Source: Eledone cirrhosa
Lineage: Eukaryota
DNA: 64,000 nt
Direction: 5' to 3'
NCBI GenBank assembly: GCA_964016885.1
Contig: OZ024747.1
Span: 31,124,001-31,188,000, forward strand
Shown here: positions 40,800 through 52,246 of the stretch, in pieces
Position numbering within the stretch: position 1 is the stretch's first letter
Layout of the letters: each line of letters starts with the position of its first letter
Made by a program: the position numbers and the translations under genes
Notes under the pieces: generated by a model
What the model saw: the letters and a program-made list of their open reading frames with translations, nothing else
Database searches by the model: none
Told to the model about the DNA's origin: nothing

Positions 40800-41130
40800 T
40801 ATGTAATGTAAATTTGAGAGAAAGCTGAACTTGAATGACCTGAGAGAGAAACTAGGTTTAAGAGGAATCAGAAGTGGTGTACAAGAGGGAAGACTGCATT
40901 GGTATATGTGATGTGCATGGATGATAATTGCTGGGTGAAGTGCTAGGAAATCCCAATGGTAGGAAGCTGAAGTAGAGGTAGACCAAGGAAGACCTAGGCA
41001 GAAGCGGTAAGAGCTGATCTCAAATTGCTGAAATTCACACAGGAGGTGTTGAAATAATGCAGTGAGTGGAGAGATGTTGTGCTGAAAAAGACCAATCCAA
41101 CCCATGCAAACATGGAAAAATGGACATAAT
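40800..41130 (+). mobile_element. Decayed RTE family B-like 3' fragment
   Basis: LREKLGLRGIRSGVQEGRLHWY..GRPRKT; ends CCCATGCAAACATGGAAAAATGGAC. Confidence 0.75.
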
Positions 41131-43468
41131 AACTACAAAAAAACAACTATATACCTGGGCAGGTATTATATTTATCAACCCTGATCTGGTATTATATTCA
41201 TCAACCTTGAGCTAGTATTCTATTTCTCAATTTTGAGCTGGTATACTATTGATCAAACTTGAGTCGGTATTGTATTTATCAACCGCACTGAACAAGTGAG
41301 TATTCTATTTATCTACCCCAAAAGAATGAAAGGCAAACTTGACTCCAGTTAGATTTGAGCTAAGGATGTAGAGAAATAGAACAAATAACATGAGGCACTT
41401 AATCCAATACTCTAACATCTCTGCTAATTATGCCTGGAACCAATAACGCTATTATTCTCAAATAAATAAAATATATATAAAATAAATAAAATGAATAAGT
41501 ATTCAGTTATCAATTTCTTAAGAATAAATAATAACTAATTTAAATTTAGTTATTTGCAGTTTTTTAGAATAAAAGAGTTGCTTTTATTTGTGTTGATCAA
41601 TTAAATGTTTAGAAAAGTAGTCCAAACTATATAATCATAAACTTGAAGGAATATTTTAAGTGAAACTTCTAAAATAAATCAGTCACCAGTTTTATTTTAT
41701 TTTTCACTTTTTTTTCTTTTTTCTCTTGATATAAAATGATTAAGAAAGGAAAATTAAACAAATAGACAAAAGTTGTCTGTTTCTGTCCTTCAAATATGAC
41801 AATTGTTTGTGGTGTTTATTTGAAGGAAAGAAAGAAATCTATATAGTAAATTTCAAAAATGTTATTACATTTTATTCAATCAACTCTGATTACTTTATGG
41901 TATATTGTATGTAACTTCCTTCTTTTACTTTATTTCTACAATTTGTAAAATATCATTTTTTTCTCTTTCTTTTTATATTCATATTTCAATTTTTCATTAT
42001 TTCTTATGAGGATTCTGTAGAATCAGCGTATTTCATTTTTCTTGTATATGTTTATTTTGGGAAAAGGTAATCTGTGAGTAAAGAGTGGAAGTATTGATGT
42101 CTTGCTTAAATTCTTTATTACAATATATGATTTAATAAATGGTGGGGATTGAATGCTTTGAACAAGAACTATCAAACAAAACAGAAATTTATTTTAATAC
42201 AAAGGATATCAAAAATTGGCATATGTCTGTTTGTTCATAAGCAACATAAATATCCATAAGCATACATGGGGAAAATGGAGGCAGGGTATATAAATATACA
42301 CATCTGAATACAATGAAAACATATATAGACATACAAGAGAAAGATGAGAATACAAATACATAACTTTCTTTAATATCTTAAACATAATTTTCGTGTATAC
42401 ACATATAAGTGTACATGTTTAAATACAGACAGACACACATAAAATGAAGGAAAAACTATTACACAACAACCAGTATTGAAGCCATACAGTTTCTGGAATT
42501 TAACTCACTCAAAACATCTGCATTCTCACCAAACTGTCAAAGATTCCATATGAGAACTAGTGACTAAAGCCACAAGAATTCTAATACTATTAAGAGCTAA
42601 AAGAAAACGTCACAATGCTTTATCAACAAATACTAAATTAAGATGAGGTGATTGAAATGTGTGAACACTTGTTGGATAATAAATAAATAATATTAGCAAA
42701 CTACAAAATAGAACAGATAGATATGATATGGTGAGCCAAAGAAACAAAATGTTCAATCAATTGAAATTAGGCTTGAAATGAAAGATGAGTACTTAGTTCT
42801 AATGTTAATTCCTGTCAAGAAAAACAGGGAGACAACTCTGAAATCCAAACTGATTTAAAATTGAATAACATGAATGGTGTGATAATGAAAATCATATTAC
42901 ATTATGAAATGAAGTTTCATTAATAGGACCCCAAAAAGAGAGTCAGAATATTAAAATTCACAGTAAATATAGTGCTAATTAAAACTCCTACAGCAGAACC
43001 TTGCTGCAATTACTGAAATGAATTTAAATATAGAAATATCCTACATGAGATGTTAGTGTTGACGGGATCATTTTTGAAAACCCTATGCTAGAAATAAAAG
43101 TTATGAATTCAAAAACACTCAAGGGAAATTTTCTACAATTATAGGAATTAGATAGCTCAAACAAATAAGAAATCTAGAAAATTTGAATTATATATAATTG
43201 AAAATTATGATTATCGGATACATAATTGAGAACAACCATTCATGCTATTAGTTGGGTCAATGTTCCTGTTTAAAAATTTAAGATGACAGGCTCTTCTTAA
43301 ATGCCACTAAATCATGACAGATTGAGAAAGTTGCTTTGCATTTGTTTTTATTTTAAAGTGAAACAATGCAAAATAAAGAATATTAAAGGACACAAAAGAA
43401 ATATGTTCTTTAAGAAGATTGTTTCTAACATTCTGCATTTCCAAATACATGAACCTGAAGCTAGTGAG

Positions 43469-43668
43469 NNNNNNNNNNNNNNNNNNNNNNNNNNNNNNNN
43501 NNNNNNNNNNNNNNNNNNNNNNNNNNNNNNNNNNNNNNNNNNNNNNNNNNNNNNNNNNNNNNNNNNNNNNNNNNNNNNNNNNNNNNNNNNNNNNNNNNNN
43601 NNNNNNNNNNNNNNNNNNNNNNNNNNNNNNNNNNNNNNNNNNNNNNNNNNNNNNNNNNNNNNNNNNNN
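43469..43668. other. Assembly gap (200 N)
   Basis: N run. Confidence 1.
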
Positions 43669-44372
43669 TCCCTAGCTGAAACTGTATACCCATGATGCTG
43701 CTTTCCATGACTTCTGATTGTGATTCACATTTTTCTGATCTTTCACCTCAGATTTGCCCAGCTTTGTTAGATCTGTCAGGAGTAAAACTCCAGCTCTTTG
43801 GGTCACATTACAGTGACATCTTAGGCCAAGATTAAGCTCTAAGCACTGAAAAAAATTAGGGTAAACTCATATACTGTATATGGGAAAATCTCATATATAC
43901 TCTACTAAAAAAAATGTATAGGGCCATTATTTACTTGAGGCCTCTAACCACATGCATATTTTGCTTTATGATTAATCTAGGGATAGCTTATTACAAGGAT
44001 CAAGGCAAGAATCACTATCCAAAATATACAAACTTGAACACAAAGGCATCCATGATTTTAACGTGATGTGAATATTTTTATTCCGACACAGTCTCAGCTA
44101 AAGTCACTTGGCAAGCAAGTACAACTCATTCTCTTCACTTATAGTTTGCTGTCTTTATTTAAACTTCTTTATTCAAGTGTGTTTTTTTCATTGAATTAAT
44201 CCTATTTCCTGTCAGTATTTTTAGCTTTGTATTTTTCTATTTTCTAATCTTTAATATTATGTTTTTAAGAAACATTTAGTTGTTATACATTTATTAATTT
44301 ATTAGTTCACACACACACACACATACATATATATATACATATATATATACATACACATATACATATACATAC

Positions 44373-44413
<41 letters not shown>

Positions 44414-44773
44414 TATATATCTACACACAGACACATATATATATACATATAAAAAAAAAAATCGCCAGCTCGCTATTTCTGGGATGGCTGTTCCATCGGT
44501 ATAAAGTAACGTTCAAATATTTTTCTCGATTCTTCTCTCCATTCTAATCCATTAGTCTTTCATTCAATCACTATTCTATGTCATATTTTCACACTATATC
44601 ATATTTTCACCATTCTATATCATATTTTTTCTCTAAAATCATATTTTCCCTATCACCGCATTTTTTCTATCGTATTTTCTTAAACAAAACAAATCTTGTA
44701 TTTTCGTTTATTGTTAAATTATGCCCAAAACAGCGATCTTATCTTAAACCTTACATTCTCGCTAACAACCCAT

Positions 44774-44860
44774 CATCCCTCCCACCCGCCCCCACGCACC
44801 TACATCCCTCCCACCCGCCCCCACGCACCACCATCCCTCCTACCCGCCCACACGCACCAC
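44774..44860. repeat. 29-bp C-rich tandem repeat, 3 copies
   Basis: CATCCCTCCCACCCGCCCCCACGCACC at 44774, 44803 and 44832. Confidence 0.9.
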
Positions 44861-44925
44861 CATTATTACGTGGACCAATCATAAGTCAGAGGCCCATACT
44901 ATCGCTTAACTGGTTGCTTTTCTAT

Positions 44926-47900
44926 ATGATGGATGGACTACGGAATTCTGCAGAGTTGAAGAGAGAAAAATGTGGACGCTCAGCGACAATGCCAAAGATA
45001 AAGACAAATTCACCTCGTGGACGAGAATGCAAGCACTCCTCCTTGTTTCGGCCGAGGATGGCTAACATACCCCCCCCCCCCCCGCACCCCACCGTTCCCA
45101 CCCTCCAAACGCAATCCAAAACTTCAGAGTTGGTACCATGAATGTAGGCACCTTAAAGGGTCGCTCTAACAAGGTTGTAGAAATGCTTGAACGTAAGGAG
45201 GTCGATGTTTGTTGTATTCAAGAGACCAGGTGGAGGGGAGGGTCTGCTAGATTCATTGTGGGTAAAGAACGATGCTATAAGCATTTCTGGGTGGGAAATG
45301 ACAATGAGCTGGGTGGAGTAGGAATCATGGTAGCAGAAAAGTGGGCAGATAAGATAATAGACATAAATAGAGTGAACGACAGAATAATTAAAATAAGACT
45401 TGTCCTCAATAAAACTACGGTGACAGTAATATCTGCGTACGCACCCCAATCCGGACTGCCCGGCGCTATAAAAGACAGATTCTATGAGACACTGATGCTC
45501 GCTACCTCCCAAATAACCGACAGTGACTATATAATTATTGCAGGCGACCTAAATGGTCACGTTGGACAACATTGTGACGGCTATGATGGAATCCATGGAG
45601 GCTATGGGTTCGGTACTAGAAATGAGGAAGGCTCCAGAATCCTGGAATTCTGTGACGCAAATAACTTAACTATCTGTAACACTAACTTCAAAAAACGAGA
45701 CAATCACTTGATCACCTATAGATCGGGGGAACACACAAGCCAGGTAGATTATATCCTTACCAGAAGATGTGACACAGTGTCTGTTGTTAACACTAAATCC
45801 CTCCCCCATGAAGAATTCACCTCCCAACATAGACTGATAATTAGCGACCTCATAGTCAGGACGAGACGTACTAGACAGCGGAAGAGGACTATCCTCAGGA
45901 GAAAAATATGGAAGCTAAAGGACCCCATAGCCAGAAATAAATTTCAAAGCATATTACTTGATGCTTTCGACAGTAAGGAAGAGCAATTAGAGTCGTATAA
46001 TATAGAGGAACAGTGGGAATTCCTGAGAGCAAACCTGCTGACGGCGGCAGACGAAGTCTGTGGCTGGAGCAGGCCTGTAGGTAGGAGGAGAGTAACATGG
46101 TGGTGGAACAGTAAGGTGGAGGAGTCATTAAGGCCAAAAAGCAGGCTTGGAAAGTATGGCGGGATGGGGGAAGTAGAGAAGACTATCAAGTGGCCAGGAG
46201 GGAAGCTAGGAGACAAGTGTACTTCGCAAGAAGGGAAGCAGAGGAAAGAAAGTTCAAGCATGTTCTACAACGTGAGGACCAAAAACGTGAGGTGTTCAGG
46301 ATTGCTAGGCAATGTGTCAAGGAAAACCGTGATATTGTTGGGGAGAAGTGTGTACTTAACGATGATGGCATACTTGCCATCACCGACGCTGATAAGAAGG
46401 TAGCTTGGAAGTGTCACTACGAAAGGCTTCTAAATGAGGAGAATAAATGGGAGAAAGACAGTCTCCCTCACATCAACCCAATAGAGGTACCAGCAGTGTT
46501 AGTCGAGGGTAGTACAATAAGTAAGGCAATCAAAGATATGAAGACGGGTAAGGCGGCTGGGCCTTCGGAAATAGTTGCTGAGATGCTGAAGGCATCTGGT
46601 TCGGTGGGACACACCATAGTCACCCGGATAGTTAACCAAGTCGTACAGAATGGGGTTGTTCCGAAGGACTGGCGTAGCAGCATCATCGTTAACTGCTATA
46701 AGGGAAAAGGAGATGCCTTAGATAGGAGTAACTATAGAGGCATTAAATTAATCGACCAGGTCATGAAGGTCACGGAAAAAGTAATAGCGCAACTAATCAG
46801 AGAGAGAATTGATCTAGATGAAATGCAGTTCGGGTTTGTGTCAGGTAAAAGTACCACAGACGCTCTTTTCATTGTACGACAACTACAGGAGAAGTACCTA
46901 GCTAAAAGTAAACCCCTATACTTAGCTTTTGTCAACTTGGAGAAAGCCTTCGACAGAGTCCCACGTTCCATTATCTGGTGGGCTCTTAGAGAACTAGGTT
47001 TTGACGAATGGCTTGTGAGAGCCATACAAGCCATGTATAAAGAAACAGTCAGTAAGGTTAGAATTAACAACGAATATAGTGAAGAGTTTAGCGTAAAAGT
47101 TGGTGTCCATCAGGGCTCTGTTCTTAGCCCCCTACTATTTATTATTGCCCTTCAGGCTATAACAGAGGAGTTCAAGACCGGCTGCCCATGGGAACTCCTA
47201 TACGCAGACGATCTAACGCTCATAGCTGAATCAATGACCGAACTAGAGAAGAAATTCCAAACATGGAAGCACGGCCTAGAATCAAAAGGCCTTAAAATTA
47301 ACCTGGCTAAGACTTAAGTTCTAGTTTGTAGGAAAGAAAATAAGGTGGCGGTCCCTTCCGGGAAATGGCCATGCTCAGTGTGTAGGAAAGGCGTAGGTAG
47401 AAACTCCATTTTATGTCCCCAATGCAAAGTATGGGTGCATAAAAGAGGTAGTGGAATCACAGGTAAGCTAACTAAGAACATAGATTTTACATGTGGCCGG
47501 TGCTCTGGTGCAATAAGTAGCAGCAAGTGCCCACTAAATACTAGCTCTTTCAATTGAGCAGAGGGTTCTATAGAAATAGTGGACAGCTTCCGTTACCTGG
47601 GTGACAAAATCAGCAGTGGGGGAGGGTGCTCTGAAAGTACAGTAGCTAGAGTCAGAACTGGATGGAAAAAGTTCAGAGAGCTTATACCACTATTAGCCGC
47701 TAGAGGGTTCTCCCTAAAAATGAAAGGCAGGTTATACGATGCCTGCATACGAACAGCAATGCTGCATGGCAGTGAGACCTGGGCATTGTGTGCAGAGGAT
47801 ATACACAGACTAGAGAGGAACGAAGCTTGCATGCTCCGCTGGATGTGCAATAGTAATATACGTGAACGGCTAAGCATAAACGAACTAAGGAAAAAATTAG

Positions 47901-48157
47901 AAATAAGAGGGATCAGATGTTGTTTACTCGAGAGAAGGCTACGTTGGTACGGTCACGTGATGCGCATGAAAGATGACAGCTGTATAACAAAATGCAGGGC
48001 AATAAAGATAGACGGTAGCCACGGAGTAGGCAGACCCAGAAAAACCTGGGACGACATGATAAATTCCGACCTCACACGCTTACACCTCTCCAAGACAATG
48101 TCACTGGACCGAGACCTTTGGCGGTACTCAGTAATAGAGAAGACCCGCCTTACCTAA
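44926..48157 (+). pseudogene. RTE ORF: APE endonuclease + reverse transcriptase + embedded PHD finger, 4 apparent lesions
   Basis: GTMNV, IQETRW, YAPQ, GDLNGHVG, QVDYIL, SQHRL (APE); NYRGIKL, QFGF, GVHQGSVLSPLLF, YADD, FRYLG (RT); frameshifts near 45070-45120 and ~46125; stops at 47315 and 47555. Confidence 0.92.
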
Positions 48158-48653
48158 ATACAAAGTAAAAACCTACTACAGTCAGTAGGCATCTCTATCA
48201 AAACACACACCCGTCCCACCACCTCCACCCCATCCACACCGCCCCTTTCAATGTAAAGTTATGTTGGTCCCACAACATCCAGGCCGAAACAAATGAGATC
48301 GTGTAGGTGTCACGACAAAAAAAACACACAGTCCACGCTGTAAATGTGGCCGTGTAGGCAACACGGTAAAAACCTCCCAGCCCCACACTGTAAATGTGGT
48401 TGGTGTTAGGAAGGGCATCCAGCTGTAGAAAACCCACCAGACAGTCCACGCTGTAATGTGGCCGTGTAGGCAACACGGTAAAAACCTCCCAGCCCCACAC
48501 TGTAAATGTGGTTGGTGTTAGGAAGGGCATCCAGCTGAAGAAAACCCGCCAGACAGTCCTATGCGAGCAAGACAACCACTCTTGCTTCAAGTGGGAAAAC
48601 CCCCGTCCAAACCCATGCAAGCGTGGAACAGGGACGTTAAACGATGATGATGA

Positions 48654-48704
<51 letters not shown>

Positions 48705-48988
48705 GAATAAAAAAGAAAGATGAACACTCATATAAACATACATGTGTTCGAATCGTAAGGACCAAATTTGCTAGGGTGAAAAAATACTAACTACAGCAAT
48801 ATGGTTTTGTTATCCTTAACTTTAAATATTAAATTAAGAAAAATATGTATATATATATGTATATATATATGTATATATATACACATATATATATACACAT
48901 ATATATGTGTATATATATATGTGTGTGTATATATATACACACATATATATATATATATACACATATATATGCATATATATATACGTAT

Positions 48989-49043
<55 letters not shown>

Positions 49044-49126
49044 ATAATAATAAATTTGAAGACTAAATCCTGTTAAGGGTGAAAGCAGCGATTCTTTGCT
49101 TAAACTTTAATCTTTTATTTTAATAA

Positions 49127-49184
<58 letters not shown>

Positions 49185-49186
<2 letters not shown>

Positions 49187-50085
49187 GACTTCCAGACCAA
49201 TCCAAGCTGTGGCACGCCGCCCAGGCTTTGCTCTTCCTCTCAACCACAACATCTTCCGTATTCCCAATCTTTGCTCCCAAATACAGGAAGTTCTCAACCG
49301 CCTACTTTAGTGATCTCCTCTGGCTTCTCAACACTCTCTACCAGATATTTTGTTTTAATCTCATTCATTCTCAGCCCCACACTCTTCGACACAGTCGCAA
49401 CCTCCTGCATCAAATCCTCTGCCTCCTTCACTGTATTTGTTACCAAAACTATGTTATCGGCAAATTCAGCATCTGATATCATTTTCGCTTTAACTCTCCT
49501 GCTCTGAGCCGGTGCTACAGTAAAGCCAGAGTCCTGGTGTTTCTCCAGTGCAAGGTGCATACAATAGTCCACTACGATGATAAAAAGGTAGGGAGCCAAT
49601 GTATCCCCCTGGAGCACTCCAGCCGGTATCTCAAAGACCTGAAAATCCACAGCTTCATTGCTGTAGTGCAGTCTGTGTTGCTGTACGTATCTGAGACTTG
49701 GACACTGACCAAGAAACTGACTCAGATGGTGGATGGGTGCTACACGAGAATGCTGAGTATGGCTCTGAACATTAATCAGTATACACTGAGGATGGAAAAC
49801 TCAGAGCTGTATGGGAGCCTCCCAAAAGTCAGCTCAAAAGTGACACGGAGGAGACTGAGGTTAGCTGGACATGCTCACCGACATCCAGAGTTAACATTGC
49901 ACTCAGTGCTCCTGTGGGAGCCCCTACATGGACACACTGGAAGGGGAAGACCAAGGTTAACGTATGTTGATGCCCTAAGGACAGACACTGGTCTGTTGGA
50001 GATGCAGGACATGGCAGCGATAATGAGGGACAGAGACTGCTGGAGAGAACTCGTCCATGGATCTTGGGAATTTTACCCATCCTAG
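49185..50085 (+). mobile_element. RTE LINE fragment with 5' inversion
   Basis: - piece GVLQGDTLAPYLF..FAD..KAWAACH..WKSD; + piece KDLKIHSF..LLYVSETW..GRGRP; junction at TCTCAAA (49629-49635). Confidence 0.88.
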
Positions 50086-50098
50086 ATATATATATACG

Positions 50099-50267
50099 TA
50101 GGAAAATGTATGACCCCGACGGCAGAGCTCAAGCTGTTTCGACAGCTATTTCTGGACTAAAGAAATAGCTGTTGAAACGGCTTCAGCTCTGCTGTCAGGG
50201 TCATATATTTTCCTATTGAGTACTCTGGTGCATTATGGTCCATCTGGTTCCTCACCACAACTCCTTC

Positions 50268-50270
<3 letters not shown>
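50099..50270. mobile_element. TA-embedded pLTR-like fragment with inverted repeat 50099-50215 (half-hammerheads)
   Basis: Imperfect IR; each strand reads GAAAC(A/G)GC-loop-GC(C/T)GTC-(G/A)GGGTC; homologous to 12731-12862. Confidence 0.7.
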
Positions 50271-50314
<44 letters not shown>

Positions 50315-50409
50315 GTTGAACACTGGAAGGTAATAACCCGTAGTGGTAGAGCACTCAGTCCAAGGGACGAGTTAGGTAGAAGTGGTTACACAACAGTTAT
50401 TTCACCATA

Positions 50410-50449
50410 CCGAGAACAATTGTTTCACCTTAGCGGATCCTCAGCTCGG
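50410..50449 (-). ncRNA. Minimal type I hammerhead ribozyme
   Basis: CCGAG-CTGAGGA-TCCGCTAAGGT-GAAAC-AATT-GTT-CTCGG on -. Confidence 0.8.
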
Positions 50450-50512
50450 AATGGGCATGGTTATAGGAACAACCGTACGGTTGTACTCCTTGTTCCTATA
50501 ACCATGCCCATT

Positions 50513-50552
50513 CCGAGCTGAGGATCCGCCAAGGGGAAACAATTGTTCTCGG
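50513..50552 (+). ncRNA. Minimal type I hammerhead ribozyme
   Basis: CCGAG-CTGAGGA-TCCGCCAAGGG-GAAAC-AATT-GTT-CTCGG; perfect 5-bp stem I and palindromic stem III. Confidence 0.8.
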
Positions 50553-50579
50553 TATGGTGAAATAACTGTTGTGTAACCA

Positions 50580-50617
<38 letters not shown>

Positions 50618-51020
50618 CATACATATACATATACAATAGGGAGCTTATAGATCAGACAACACATGCTGTTTTCGTGGGGGTAATTTTTTATTAATTTTTG
50701 TATTCTGAAACATCAAAATACAAAATTTTTGCTCACTAGACTCAGGAAATATCCTGACAGAAGCTGTGGAAGCTGCACATATATTCCATATATTTTTCCC
50801 AGAGCAATCTTTATTTACATTTTACATTTTACGTTTACTTACCTCCCAATGCAAAATGGCTATAAATTCAAATTTTGCAAAGAGAAGAAAACGGACAAAT
50901 GCACTAGATACATCTCACTACCCCCCGTCACCACAATAACATCTACACTCTCTCCCTACCACTTCCACATTTGCAAGGTCACTGAACTGTTGCCAAAATC
51001 TCTCTCTACTCTGTGTTGAT

Positions 51021-51051
<31 letters not shown>

Positions 51052-51266
51052 TTCGTTTCTGAATTTGTTTAGCAAGATTCTTTATCTGAAATCGTGTGTT
51101 GAAACCGATATTGTTATACTTTGGGAGGGTCATGTTGCCAATAAGAAACACACGCACCAGTTGCTTTCACTTCAATTTAATTTATTATATATTTATAAAT
51201 TTACAAGTTTATAAATTTCTGGTTAGTTGGTTGGTTCCACAACCAGATAGTTGTTTATATATATAT

Positions 51267-51311
51267 AGTCATAGTTCTTTCGTCACACACTCTGTGACCT
51301 CTTCAGTGACT
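51267..51311 (-). ncRNA. Minimal type I hammerhead motif
   Basis: Mirror copy of 51425-51469. Confidence 0.65.
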
Positions 51312-51424
51312 GGGGATTTCTTTCTTCGTTTCTGTGCCTTTCCTTTCTTCTATCCTACGCCATTTCAGAAAAATGGCGTAGGATAGAAGAAAGGAAAGGC
51401 ACAGAAACGAAGAAAGAAATCCCC

Positions 51425-51469
51425 AGTCACTGAAGAGGTCACAGAGTGTGTGACGAAAGAACTATGACT
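51425..51469 (+). ncRNA. Minimal type I hammerhead motif
   Basis: AGTCA-CTGAAGA-G-GTCACA GAGTG TGTGAC-GAAAG-AA-CTA-TGACT. Confidence 0.65.
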
Positions 51470-51620
51470 ATATATATATAAACAACTATCTGGTTGTGGA
51501 ACCAACCAACCAACCAGAAATTTATAAACTTGTAAATTTATAAATATATAATAAATTAAATTGAAGTGAAAGCAACTGGTGCGTGTGTTTCTTATTGGCA
51601 ACATGACCCTCCCAAAGTAT

Positions 51621-51687
<67 letters not shown>

Positions 51688-51934
51688 ACAGTCGAAGTGA
51701 CCAAATTTCAACACAGCGTCTACATCTACAACAACAACAAAGGCAACAACACCATTGTCTGCGGCAGCAGCAGCAGCATCAGAATGAAATGAACATCAAG
51801 AGGAACGACAAACAACAACAACAACATCAACTGCCACCACCATCCACCACCACCACCACCACCACCACCACCACCACCATCACCATCACCAACGATCAGG
51901 CCTTAAGAAAACAACAACAATAATAATAACTATT

Positions 51935-52246
51935 CTGTTTTTGGCACGGGGCAGCGATTGTCCCAGCACATTGCTGGTGCCTTGTTTTATCAGCTCCGTG
52001 GGGATGAAGGTCAGGGTTGACCTCGGCGGGATTTGGAGCATGGAGGGCCGTAGCTCTATGCTGTAAAACAATTATTATAATAATTGTTTCTACTTTTGGC
52101 ACATGGCCAGCAATTACCCAGTGTATTACTGGTACTTTATTTTATCGACCCCGTAAGGGTGAAAGGCAAAGTTAAGGTGGGATTTGAACTCAGAATGGCA
52201 AGGGCCATAACTCTATGCATCAAAGCATAGCATCCGACCCTCTACC
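51935..52246 (-). mobile_element. Two family 1-related SINEs
   Basis: Two cores GATGAAGGTCAGGGTTGACCTCGGCGGGATTTG and GGTGAAAGGCAAAGTTAAGGTGGGATTTGAACTCAG, each with a tail. Confidence 0.7.

Larger units (their letters stand above)
44461..48654 (+). mobile_element. Near-full-length RTE-type LINE, family A
   Basis: Putative 5' UTR, EN-RT ORF, 3' UTR with a ~113-bp duplication and (GAT)n tail; flanked by TA tracts; 5' boundary inferred. Confidence 0.9.
51108..51628. repeat. Near-perfect inverted repeat, 258-bp arms, 5-nt spacer
   Basis: Arms 51108-51365 and 51371-51628; one mismatch seen; lies between (TA)n tracts. Confidence 0.95.

Noticed and set aside
43301-43708. ORFs spanning the N run
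   Set aside because: Artefacts of the assembly gap
45005-45070. HDV-like motif CTCCTCC..GG..GGCTAA in family A
   Set aside because: P1 and P2 do not pair convincingly, and the stretch appears to be within the ORF N-terminus
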